Origin: Phoronis australis
Lineage: Eukaryota; Animalia; Phoronida
Length of the DNA stretch: 64,000 nt
Direction: 5' to 3'
Assembly (NCBI GenBank): GCA_002633005.1
Contig: NMRA01000064.1
Location: forward strand, 377,977-441,976
Positions 12,301 to 24,362 of this stretch are shown here, in pieces (the first letter of the stretch is position 1; every line of letters begins with the position of its first letter). The notes under the pieces were generated by a model. That model searched no databases and was not told the DNA's origin. It saw only the letters and a list, made by a program, of their open reading frames with translations. The translations under genes and the position numbers were made by a program.

Positions 12301-15300
12301 ACCAGTATATTTTTCAAGTTGTCAATTTAAAGAAATATAAAATTATTAATCTTTGTGTTATCAAATAATCTATACATGGCAGGTGAAGTGACTATTAAAT
12401 ACACTTTCCCTTGCAAATATCAGCTTTGATTTAGACCCCTTACCATTATGAAAGTGGTTTCAAATCGTGCCTCAGTCAAACTTGGGGTAATTTCAAAGCT
12501 TCAAAAGCACTGAAAGTTCGTTATGATTGCTTAAGACCAGGCTCTACCAACTGTCATCTTATACACTGGGCATAAGTGTCACCTTATACACTGAGCATAA
12601 GGCTCAAGAAATAATGAACTGTCAGTTCTATGCAAACCCAGAAAGCACTTCTCATCTGACTAAGACACAAGTTGAAACGAACGTTAGAGTGGTAAGCGGT
12701 CTATATCATAAGTTAACTTCCGAGAATGCAATGCCAGTTTATAGTTGCTTTAAACAGCATTCACCAAAAACATTGCATTACATTACATTTAACAAAAACA
12801 GCACATGGCTCCTATGTGAAATGTAAAGCTGTAAGTTGATAAAGCATAAGTTAAAAAGTATGTTTGCAAATGTGTATTCACTAAGCATCGTGATGAGGAG
12901 TAACATCACATGATGCAAGTTATATGCTTGCTCATTTCAGGCTTGGCTATTCAGTTATCCTTAGGGGTAATCAAAGAATTATCTTCTCACCCAGGACCAT
13001 ATTCCTTTTGTTAAGCTTTGTTCAGTTACACAGTCCCACTGGGACAGTTGCATTACTAAATGCACAGTTTACAAAAAGCTACAGTAACTTTCACTGACCT
13101 TGCAAGTCAATCTCAAAAGGCCTATTGTGTGTGAATGACACCTATAATTTACAGTCGTCCTGTTCGCAAAATTCTGAGCCACTATGTGGAAAGGTCGCAT
13201 GTTCAGACATTTGTATGTTCAAGTTTACAGAATATCTAGGAATACAACATACTGCAGATTCATACACTGTGCAATATCTAAACAGCAGATAGGAGCGTAC
13301 ATATATTAATTTTAAGAAATAGACCACAAAACAAAAGAGCCAGAAGCTGTATTCATTTTTAGCACACACACATAACGTACTGTACTGATGTAGTATGCTG
13401 CTCCAGTTGTTCAAGGTGAGTCAGCTTGCGTCGTGGCTTCCTTTTGTTCAACAGGGGCGTCTTGGGTAGCATGGTGAACATCTTCTTGGCATACACGTCA
13501 GCTGGGTTGTTGAGGTGGCGCTGAAATAACATGTGAATACTACTTTGTGAGTACATGCTTAGGCAGACTATGCGCGATATTTTGAGGAATTAAGGAAACC
13601 AACGTACAGGACAATGGCACAATACCAAACACTACCTCTTACCAACATTGAAACGAACACACAAATGTAAAAGTGCACTCTTTGGCTGAAAATTTCAAAG
13701 TAAAATCAAGAGGTTTATGAGTGCATAGCACTTTGAGTGGCCCTTCAAATCAGATGTTGTTGAGGAATATGAAACTATTATGATTCCCAAATAACTTATA
13801 GCTCGATTCTCTTAAAATCTCAAATGAATGGCTCCAAATAGGAAGATCCAGCTCTTTCAATATTTCGAAAGCTGAAAGTGACTTTTGTTGAAAGTGACTT
13901 TTGTTGAAAGTGACTTTTGTTGAAAGTGATCAATTTTTAAGTCTGGTGAGCAAAACGGGCTGATTTGACAAAGACGATAGGCAATTTCAGTTTCATTCAC
14001 AAACATTTTGCAATGATGAACTTTTTGACCCAAATTCATCAAGATAATTTGATAACACAATGACCGTAAAGAACACCTCTCCATCCAGGTGTTAGGAATG
14101 ATCAGGTAGTAATGAACATTATCCACTAACAGTTCTATAGTCATCTAGTTATGAACCTATGTCATGGTGTCACAGCACCATAAGTATATAGTTATTGTTT
14201 CCACGCAAAGATGAAAGTGGCTGAGCACGTGTGTTTGGACCATCTAGATCTCCCTGGAATGGTTTCTGAACGACTTTAACATATTTCTTAAAGCACCATA
14301 AACTCACCTTGTAGAAGAGACCTGCTTCACCTTTGACAGGTATGAACTCATCATCGCCCTTCTTCAGCATAAAGATGTCATCGTCCTCATAATCTGTTGA
14401 GTCACTGTCATCAGGCAAATGAACTTTAGCTTCCTTGTGGATACCACGGGATCCATGAGTGGTCATTGGTCGCTTTAGGTCACGTGACTGGAGAGACAGG
14501 GAGGAACCCTGTGAAATGACAGGGTGTCATTGTGAAATTAGAAACTAACTTAACACAATGACAAAAATAAAGCAACATCAGGCAATCTTTCACAATGGAA
14601 AAGAAAAGCCAGTCAGGGTACTTATCCAACTTGTGAAGGTTTATACTGTTAACACAATTACAACAAAAATATCCAATGCAAATCATCGCTTTAATGTATT
14701 TTACGTATAAAACAATAATCAAGTGTAAACAGCATACTACAACATGGTAAAACAGCAACAAATGAAAATGTCAATGGAATGGCCCGTATGTTACGCATTT
14801 CTCAGATTCCATCTGGCAGTTCGGGGGTGCGAATATCCGACGGGCAAAATCCTGGCTAATACTCTGCCCTGGTCCCCCCTCACTCAAAATCCTGGATGCG
14901 CCACTGTTTCTATTACTGGCTGTGGACTTAAAGAAAAGTCCACTACAAGTGGATGTTCAGTAGCAACATAACTTATGATCAGATTCACAATACTGGTATA
15001 ACAATGTATCTTATAACAATTGAGCATCATGATATACAACTATACATATCTAGTAATCAACACTTCATTGTCAATGAAGACAATCTCATAACCTCCCTTC
15101 TTTCCTACATTCAAGCTAGTAATTACCATTTTATTGTCAGTGATGACAATCTCATGACCTCCCTTCTTTCCTACACTGTCATCGTCATCCACATCCTGAA
15201 CACTGCTCAGATGTACACTGGCCTGCAGCTCCCTAAAACATACACAGAATACAGAACACTTGTCACAGCTGTGCTGGCCTGGAGGCCACTGTAATATAGT

Positions 15301-18300
15301 CAAAGAAATAATAACCTAGGTCCCAATACAGAGCATGAATAAATACCAGCATCATGTCTGCGAAAAGAATTTTGTATGAATTTGTAACATAGTAGCTCCA
15401 GCTGTGCATTCCATATCAGGACTGCAAGAACAGACTTTTTACTTATCTCTTTTGATACAGAAAATGTGCAAATAGGTTGTGTATGAAGCAGTTATTGCAG
15501 GTCTTGAGATATTTAGAAGTTGGGAAAGTTAAGTTTCACAAGAGATCTATCAGTAATTACAATTTTCGGAAAGACTTTCAGCAGCTCATAAATACTGCAA
15601 TATCTGTTTACATCGGAGTCTGTGTATGTTTTCTCAGCATCAAAATGGTCAAGTGAAAATCCCCAATAACTGAAAAGTTGATAACATGGGCTTGCAGTGA
15701 TACCATAGTGGACAAGTCCGGACAAGAAACGGCTGAAGTGATACTTAACAATTTGCACTCACTATATTGTATATGTTACCAGGAGACCATGCTGATACTT
15801 AACATTTTGCAAGAATTAGACTATAATAACTAAGAAGTGACCAATAAAAGCCACAATATTAAAGACTAGAGAAGGTCAAAGGTCTTAAGAGATAACTGAT
15901 AAAGGTTTGGCTATTACACAAAATATGTCTCCATCAATAACTATTAGAAGGATTGAGAGAAAACAAATTTATTTTTCACATCGTGTTGACCATGTGACAC
16001 ATTACTTGACTGAGTGGGCACCAAAAGTACAGATGGTAAAACCGTGGCAATCACTTACTCTTGTGCCCAAGTCTAGCCTCAGTTTAGATACACTAACAGC
16101 TACCTACCCGCTGGCCGGAGAGATGGTGGATCCATCGACTTGAACAAGTGATCCCGGCACAGGCTGCTCACCGTCCTTGTTTACTTCCTGTCCATGAATT
16201 CTGTCAGGAAAACTCAGCATACCTGACGAGAACTGCAACTCCACCTCAAACTCCTTCTGTCCGGCCATGTACCTGGAATGACAGATTGCATAGATGGCAC
16301 ATATACTAGTAACATCTTCACTAAACTCTCACATATTTATGAATGACAACAGACATTTATAAAACAAAATTCAATCAAGTTCATCAACCCCACTTCATAT
16401 CTTATGACTACTTCTTATCTCATAGGTATAATTTAAAGATAATTTGACCAGTATTCTATAATAACACCCACTTACCAGAGCAGTTTGATGATTTAAATGT
16501 AGACATTACACAGCCAGTGATCCAAGTATTCTATGATAACACCCGCTTACCTGGGTAACTTGATGATTTCAATGTAAACATTACACAACCAATGATCCAA
16601 GTCAGAGGCCATCAACTCTTCTATCTTCTCATACTTATCAATACGACTGTCCATCTCACCTCGCAACAGAGGCAGTTTGTACCTTTAAGAAAAATATGCA
16701 AATATGTTCAATCACCCAAGTCAGTAAGAAAATTGACACACTGATACACAGCAATAAGGTTTCCCAAATTAAAGGTTACCATACACCCAGGGACAAGATT
16801 TATGGCTGCACCTGTTGTAAACAGACCAGGTTGATACGTGTAATTGAAAACTGTTCTCCTATGGAATATTCACTGAGCGGATGGTATTTATGAATAAATG
16901 CAATGTTCAGTCAACATAATGTGACTCTTGATAATGAAAGCTGTCTGTCAAAGACTGGACCATGACACCGGAAATAATTAGAAATAAACTTGATTAATTT
17001 CCCCCAGCGATATTCAGTTTGTATACAAGTCACCATGTAACCAGTGATTGTGTTCTGGTGAAGATAGCCTCTAACCTAAATGACCAACTCGTGGTGATGA
17101 TAGCCTCTAACCTAAATGACCAACTCGTCTTGATACTTACTTTCCCTCCACAATGTCAAACTGTCCATCACAGATGGGGAACGCTCCCCAACCCACCACT
17201 CTGTCCGTGGGTACCACAGCTCCCCGCAGCAGGAACAATTCATACACCAGACACATGCTTGGACGCACATTGGCCTTGGATGGCAGGACAGTAAACACAC
17301 TCTGGTCAATCTTGAATAAATCAAAATAAAGTACTTGAGTACCAGGCTTTCCCAAATGGTGTCAACCAAGAAAGATCCTCTAGTGGGCTCTTTCAAAAAC
17401 AAAGTTCAATAAAGCCCCCATAGGAGGAGCTCTTTTGGGATCGTTATCCATGTCTGGTACATGTAGAAAATAAGATGTCAACTGCTTCACCTCTAAAAGT
17501 ATGGCTAAAACATTTGAACTTAATCACTTGCCAATAGAAGCATCGTCAGACTTTTCTTAAAATGGCCAAACTGTCATGACACACTGATGTACAAACACAC
17601 AAAATGTTTCAAACAGTCCAAATATATGAAATGGTTCTATTTTACAGTACTGCTAAATCTAATGTAGACGACGGACATTATCATTCATCCAGGTAAACTG
17701 ACGTTGTTGCAGGAGACTAGCTTTGTCTTTCTTCATCAGAGGTTTGACAAAACAAAGCGCACCATCAGCACGATAACCATCATCTTACTCACCTTCACTT
17801 CAGCATTATAGAAGTGTCCCTCATGACTGACTGGCAGAGTCGCCCCTGCCCACTGCTGACCCTTCAAGTTGGACCAGCGCAGGACGTGACCGCCCAATCT
17901 GTTATACAGAGACACCATGAGGATATAGCGACCACTAGGGATCTTGTTCTTCACACCTCGCAGACAGTTCAGCTTGAGTTGGACAGGCTGGGGGGTGCGA
18001 TCCCAATCCACCTTCCAGCGCCGACCCTTACTGCCACCGTATTCGCCGTCGGCCATAGTCAGGTCTCCGTACATAGTCTGGAAAATGTATGAATGAGTAA
18101 TTACCATCACAAGTAATTACGAATGCGTATATACATCATACACGTATATCTTGATTATGCAACTGAGTGAAGGAATGGACAGTAAATTTTATTATGTAAC
18201 TGAGTGCAGGAATGGACAGTAAATTTTATTCTTTCACTGTACAAACATGTCTGCCTCAAACCCAAACCTGGCTACCACAAACCAAAAACATACACGTGTG

Positions 18301-21300
18301 CCTTGTTATAATCCAGTTTCAGAGAACTGGTCATCTAAATCCCCATGTTCCACATTGTGGTCAAAGACAAATACAAAACAAATGACATGAAGACAACTGG
18401 TCATCCATCAACTAACGCATTAAAACACATTACCTTCACTTCTGCCTTTCTCCTGTAAAGTGTGTCAGTCAGTTGGTTCTCTGCCCTTCTGAATGCCTTG
18501 TGCAGACGATCCATTAGAAGACGCTCCCTCTGTTGGGCTATTTCCTAAATGAAAGGTTTCAAAGAACTCAATTACTTTCAATGGTAAAACAAACATCTAG
18601 GAAACAGTGAGAGTAACCTAAAGTTCACATTTACAGAAACAATTGCATTTTGCATACCTAAATCTTCTTTCTATTCAACTATAAAGCGATTCTGAAATAA
18701 AATGAATTGAAACTTTACTGGTCTTTTATCTGAGTGCTACAATCTTTATGTCACAGCAGTGCTATAATTTACTGAGAAAATACAAGACAGGCAAATTTGC
18801 TGATAACACCACTTGAAATAGGAAAACATATCTAAACTGTCATACATCATTATGAAGTATATCCACTTCTTTCTTCATTCCCTATTAATGTAACTATTAG
18901 ATGCAGTTTCTTTAATTTACATGACACAAGACATCTGTGGCGTGTTTAGGCTTATTTTGTTCAATTTATACCAAAGACGACATCAGTGACTTATTTAAAC
19001 ACAGCTTGTTCAATTTATACTGTACAAGACATCAGTCTTTACTGACAATTGCCAGCAGTGCTTCATCAATAAGCCCCACCCACCTCCTTCTTGGCCAAGA
19101 GTCTCCGCCTCTCCTTCAAACTGCGTGCCACTCTTCTCTTAGCCTCCTCCTCTTGCAGCAGTATCCTCTCTTGTCGCTCACGAGCTTGCTCCGCCTCCTG
19201 TCGCTGGTACATGATGTGTTCGTCTCGCAAACGCTTTTCTTCTTCCTGTATTTACAAACAAATAAAAAACTTTTTACACTGTGCTTTGGTCCCGATTCAT
19301 ACTTGCTGGAACATTCAAAACCATTTACATTCTTTTCTTGCAAGATAAACTCTGTTCAACTTTAACTCACAAAAATAGTACACCCCTTAATTAATCTCCT
19401 GGGCTATTCAGTAATCCTTCAAATGATGTACATGGTTTTGTAGTTGGAACATACTTTCATTTATTAATGTAGCACTGAGGCCACGCCTACCTGGACCTCC
19501 TCCAGGGAGATACTGCCAATCATCAACACGTCATCCTCTACAGTCTTGTCAAAATGGTCAATGTAGTCATCTAGCTCCTCCTCTTGCAGCTGCAGCTTTA
19601 GCTCAGAGATTTTCTTGTAAGTGGGCACATGTTCTGGTCGGGCAAACAGTGACGGGGGCTCTATGGTGGTCTCCAGGTCTGACTCACCCCCCTCCAAGGT
19701 GTCCATAAGGCGGTAGATGTCGGGCAAAGCCCCGTCTTTATCTGGTGGCGCTAGAAAGGAATCACTGGGTCAGTAAGACATTTTCTATGAGTCAATTATT
19801 CAAATGTGCACACCGTCAATTACGCTGACCGATCAGCAGCAAGTAACATTTCATGGTCTGCACACAATATCTATATTTGCCCGTAGAGTTTACAATCTCC
19901 AGCCAATGAAAGTTGTATTTGACCCATACTGTTTAGGATCCAGCAACCCTCATTTACTTTTCAATCTTTGAAGTTTACAGGATCTGGTCACTGAACACGT
20001 ACGTCTATACCCCTTATGACTCAAATCCCTGAACTGTTTCTCCACCCTGGTCCCTCACATTAGCAGTTCCCTCAGCATGCTGGGAAAATGGTTTTACAAA
20101 AGCACTGTTGTAAGAATGAGGCTTAAAGTTAGAAATGAACTATTGTATTGATAGTTTTTGTAACATAGCCTCATGTTTTCCTGCGTAGGGGGACTTGAGA
20201 AAAGAAAAACGAATTTGTAACAGTGCTGACTAAAAATGAGCCCCAATGTACAAAAATGCACGACAAAATTTTTACATATCTATGTTTCTAAATACCATTA
20301 AAACCTAAAATGCTTAATGAAGAGATCAATCTATTGTAATATGCAATAACTAAAATATTCTTTTAATGAACAAGACGTAATTGATGACCTAACCAATAGT
20401 TCACTCTGAACTCAAATACATTTAATAATTAGTTAAAATGGTTGTGCTCACTGTAACTGAACTCTTCATCACTCACGACGATGTCATAATCTTTAGGATC
20501 CAATGAGCTGAATTCACCAGCCGCAGGCTTAAAAGAGAAACAACTTGTTTCAAGAAACTGACCAAAGCATTAGAATAATCAAGAACAGCACACATATCAA
20601 TCAAGTTCCATAGGGTGTCATGTTGACTTGGTTTTATATTGTGTTCTCACCACACTAAAATGCATTGTGGCTCCACTATTCAGAATTCATAGGGGTAGTA
20701 AAATAATTATCTTCTCAGCCAGGGCCATAAACACTTTGTTAACCTGTGTTTAGTTGCACAGTTCATCTGAGATCGTTACAACTAAGAGCAGGGTTGACAA
20801 AGAACTGTTTTCACTGGTCTTGCATGTTAATTTCAAAAAGCTTGTGTGTGAATGACACCCATGATTTACAACAGTCAACAATATTCTATGCGGACTAGTT
20901 ACACCCTCCAAGCCCAAATGGTACATGTAAGTTATTTATATAAACATGTAATTCTTAAAGCAGCTTGCTGACCAGACTTAAAAACGTATGCGGAAGTTAT
21001 TTAATGAACAGTGACCCCATGGCTTCTGATTAAGCAGATTCTTCCATGAGAAAAAAAACAGGTAAAACAGTTCAATATGTTTATCGCAGGGGGAAAATCA
21101 AGAGAAGGAAATGTAACTTCAAACAGCAAGACATGAATACCGATGCTTTAGGTTTTCTTGAAGACTTAGGTCTCCCCGATTTAGGTCTTCCTGACTTTGG
21201 TCTCCCCGACTTTGGACGAGATCTGCTCTCAGCATTCTGGTCTGAACCAGACTGAACACCTGAAAAGATATGTATTATTCATGAACACAAAAGCTTCACT

Positions 21301-22194
21301 CAAACTTCTCTTTACAGAGTCCCTACTGGTAAATAAACAAAATGCACAATTCTCTTAAAACAATACAATCATCTACCATATTGAGAATATTCCAGACAAA
21401 AGCAGATAACAATCTTGTCTGCTGTTAAAGCTGTATTTTGACCTGTTTGTCTGGTTGAAAAATTATACTTTTCACTTGTATCAAATTGGACATGTAATAT
21501 TCCTTACCTTGGCAAGATTTGATTTCCGTTATCAACAAGACCGTGACAGTGACCCAAGAAAACATTTCAGAGTTTATTGTGGTAGGCCCACAGATACACA
21601 CTATTGACAAGAAACATGGTACAACAGAACAGGCCAACTGTAACTTTGAGCTTGATTTGTGATGTTCATATTGAACTGGTGTTCCTTGTTTATATTACTG
21701 CTAGATCAATTCTTGTAGTGCTGTCATGTTACACAGTGCTGTCATATTACATAGTGCTGTCCTATTACATAGTGCTGTCATATTACAGAGCTGTCAAATT
21801 ACACAGTGCTGTCATGTTACACAGTGCTGTCATATTACACAGTGCTGTCCTATTACATAGTGCTGTCCTATTACACAGTGCTGTCATATTACAGAGCTGT
21901 CAAATTACACAGTGCTGTCATATTACAGTGCTATCATATTACACAATGCTGTCATATTACACAGTGCTGTCATATTACAGTGCTGTCATATTACAGTGTT
22001 ATCATATTACACAGTGATGTCATATTACCATCAAACTCTGGACTTCCATTGTTATTCTCTTCACTTCCTTGTCTTTCAGGTTCCAAGCCTTCCATATCCA
22101 CAGCAGTGGACTCTGTTGCTATCTGACCTTCAACCTCTTGACTGGCACCATGACTGGTGTTGGTTTCTTGTAGAGGTTGATTTGCAGAATCCAT
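6344..22194 (-). CDS. OFCC1: OFCC1/ojoplano-like multipass membrane protein, ~1108 aa. Exons: 22029-22194, 21141-21259, 20452-20527, 19491-19750, 19084-19245, 18434-18544, 17793-18077, 17141-17310, 16551-16682, 16108-16272, 15175-15232, 14308-14508, 13381-13520, 11962-12180, 11291-11543, 10216-10382, 8301-8496, 7696-7851, 6969-7076, 6344-6526
   Basis: Twenty AG/GT exons join in frame (3327 nt including stop). The protein has a charged coiled-coil stretch (EEEKRLRDEH...RKAEVK), then WKVDWDRTPQPVQLKLNCLRGVKNKIPSGRY...RVVGWGAFPICD...GKYKLPLLRGEMD...DLDHWLCNVY, several hydrophobic TM segments (exons 10216-12180) and LHNNGRMLDIYWRLH...PFDLEISNQEL. These recall the OFCC1/Opo family. The start codon and the most N-terminal exons are less certain. 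Confidence 0.8.
8876..10145. repeat. 57-bp minisatellite arrays (agtacatcattctactttagactaactccaatataagtgtctatgactgtgtgctgg), in two blocks ~8876-9233 and ~9610-10145
   Basis: Unit start recurs at 8934, 8991, 9048 and onward. The two blocks are separated by a single N (9234) and a re-entered copy of the sequence starting at ~8509. Confidence 0.9.
12895..13143 (-). mobile_element. Dispersed repeat family A (end ggtgtcattcacacacaataggcc...), copy 1
   Basis: The reverse complement of ~13030-13142 aligns by eye with 61380-61490 and with the reverse complement of 20750-20860. The far boundary is approximate. Confidence 0.6.
13874..13930. repeat. 16-bp tandem repeat (ttgaaagtgacttttg) x~3.5
   Basis: Directly visible. 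Confidence 0.85.
14798..14906 (-). mobile_element. MITE family B fragment (cagtggcg(c/g)atccaggatttt terminus)
   Basis: The reverse complement cagtggcgcatccaggattttgagtgagggggg...gccaggattttgcccgtc...cgaactgccagatggaatctg matches 58581-58665. Confidence 0.7.
20612..20860 (-). mobile_element. Dispersed repeat family A, copy 2; short TIR gggtgtcat...atgacaccc
   Basis: The terminal 9-bp inverted repeat is visible, and the internal sequence resembles 12895-13143 (aattatcttctca(c/g)ccagg(a/g)ccata). Confidence 0.6.
21716..22028. repeat. 18-bp minisatellite (agtgctgtcatattacac, with some 16-bp variants) abutting an OFCC1 splice donor
   Basis: About 17 units; explains the VLSYYT/HSAVIL repeat ORFs at 21604-22199. 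Confidence 0.9.
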
Positions 22195-23416
22195 GTTGAA
22201 TGTCTGAAATGTGATATCAGTAGCAAAGGACCATAAGATTTGAGTAACTCAACCACTTGCAGAATTACTGTGTTGTATTTTGATTCAGATAGTTTTCAGT
22301 CACTTTTAGTGCCTCATAGTCACAAATGCATACTTGTCATGGTGCCTCATAGTCACAAATGCATACATGCTATTTAACCATTTTTTTCTTGAATCATATC
22401 AATTTGTTGACCATAGCACTGATAAAAATGAGTCAAAACACATATTATCCAAATGGTCAAATGCATTAGGTACTTACAGCATAATCGCATAAATACCAAT
22501 AGTCTGAGTGAGCCAGTGAGTGACGAATGGCGAAATGAATGTTCAATTAAATGAAGCAAATCTGAGATTATTTTGACAAAATGGATTGCCAATCAATGAG
22601 GGTTTGAGAATTCATTGTGAACTTCAGCAAAAAAGTGTAACAAGTACCACTAAAGAAACAGCAAAAAATAATACAGCAAATACATAAAAGCACATTGCTA
22701 GACATGTATACAAATGAGCCATGTATGTTGCAATTGATGGCTGAAAAATTATGGAAATAACAAACATTCGTTGACATTAACCAATGTAAGAACATTTTTG
22801 TAAAGAAGATAAAAATTTCCAGTCCAAATTAATTCAATTTGAATGTTCAATTGCTAAAATGAACTTGGTAATTCATTGTAACCACTACTTGTCGAGTTGG
22901 TTCGTTCAAGGTCCATAATTAGACCTACTCCTGATTCAGTTATTATGCCACTATATCCCCTGCGTAAAAATAGCCAGCGATTTAGGAACTGAATGAGGGA
23001 CTGCTTGAAGAAAAAGTTTGATAATGGGAGTTCTAGTAGGAAGGAATCAAGACATTGTCGAACTCCTAACTTGACCTAAGCTAAGCCAAGGTGTCCCCAA
23101 TACATGGGCCTACGTCATGCTATGAACATTCCCACTAAATAAAATTGGTTCTAACCCCGGTGCTTAAGGTGAACGGCGGGGTATGGAAAATTGAACTAGA
23201 CCGTATTTATCCACCTTGGCTGAGACGCGCTCGGCTCATGCTCAAAGGGATGCCGCCAAGCTGCTCTATTCATCGAGTCACGAGCGAGGATAATTGACTT
23301 CGCTCATGCGGATATGATCAGCTGATTACAGTCTAGCCTAACAACTGTACTTTTTATGGAGAGAATTTTACGTAGTTTTTACTGTAATATTTGAAAAGAG
23401 GAGCGAAAACAAATAN

Positions 23417-23897
23417 TTCTTTGCATTATTATTCCAATCCCATCTACATCATTATTAGATTTTGCACTTCCTATTATTTCCATCTACCGTTACTACATTT
23501 TACGCAAATTTGTAATCAATGTTATTATTCCAGTCTATATTATTTTTAATTTTCCACAAATTTCCCGTCTATACCATTATTCCTAAGAATTTGCTGTTTT
23601 GCATTATTATTCTCTTCTATAACATTATTAGATTTTACCTAAATTTGTAACCAATATTATTATTCCAGTCTATACTATGTTTAAATTTCCACAAATTTGC
23701 CGTCTATACCATTATTCCATTCTATACTATTATTAATTTTTTTTTGACAATTTCCGGTCTATACTATTATTCTACTTTTCTGGTGGCAAAAATGTTGAGT
23801 CTATACTATTATTAGAGTCTCTACTATTATTAAAAATTGTGAAATTTTCCAGTCTATACTATTATTGCTGTCTCTACTACTATTCGGAACTCCAGAG
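23417..23897. mobile_element. One end of a MITE-like element with internal tctatactattatt subrepeats, ending at a TA
   Basis: There are many degenerate copies of tctata(c)tattatt. The element ends ...tattcggaactccagag followed by TAagctaagccaagg. The same flank occurs without the element at 23077 (ttgaccTAagctaagccaagg). Confidence 0.55.
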
Positions 23898-24266
23898 TAA
23901 GCTAAGCCAAGGTGTCCCTCTAATACATGGGCCTATGTGCAAATGGTATTTAAATCAACAGAACTTTGATTATGTTTTAGTCAGCGAGGCATAATTCGCT
24001 GAAAAGCTTCCGGCGTATGAAGCTCTTATAGGAACTACACCGGCTCTACTGAGCCAATTAGTGACGGTGGTTCCTGTCTTAACCTACACGGGATGTAATT
24101 GTAATTCCCTGCGGGCCTGCGTCAATTGACAAGAAGTTTTAATTGAATGCAAAATAATGAAAGAGGAACGAGTGATTTCATTTTATTCTAAGCTCATGAA
24201 CTGTACATTTGTACTTAGAAAGTAATAAACGTCACCTTAACAATTCAAATTGAGTCTTTAACTTAC

Positions 24267-24362
24267 CAGACCACACTTTATTTTACAAGACCATTCTCAA
24301 ATGGCCTGCACATCCGCCATTTTACAACAACCTTGTTGTGACGTGACGTCAATGTGACGTCA
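24267..24362 (-). promoter_or_regulatory. Probable OFCC1 non-coding first exon and core promoter (YY1-like AAAATGGCGG, two CRE palindromes)
   Basis: There is a minus-strand donor CTG|gtaagt with the exon ending at 24267, ccgccatttt at 24314-24323, and TGACGTCA at 24344-24351 and 24355-24362. Confidence 0.5.

Noticed and set aside
17720-17760. Hammerhead ribozyme core (minus-strand ctgatga...gaaa)
   Set aside because: No stem II between CUGAUGA and GAAA, and no supporting stems I or III.
21425-21637. Extra OFCC1 exon ending at a strong donor (aag|gtaagg, ~21508)
   Set aside because: I found no convincing acceptor or family-like peptide, and the flanking exons already join in phase. It cannot be excluded without transcripts.
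21604-22199. Plus-strand repeat-protein ORFs (VLSYYT/HSAVIL)
   Set aside because: Translations of the 18-bp minisatellite and of the antisense strand of an OFCC1 exon.
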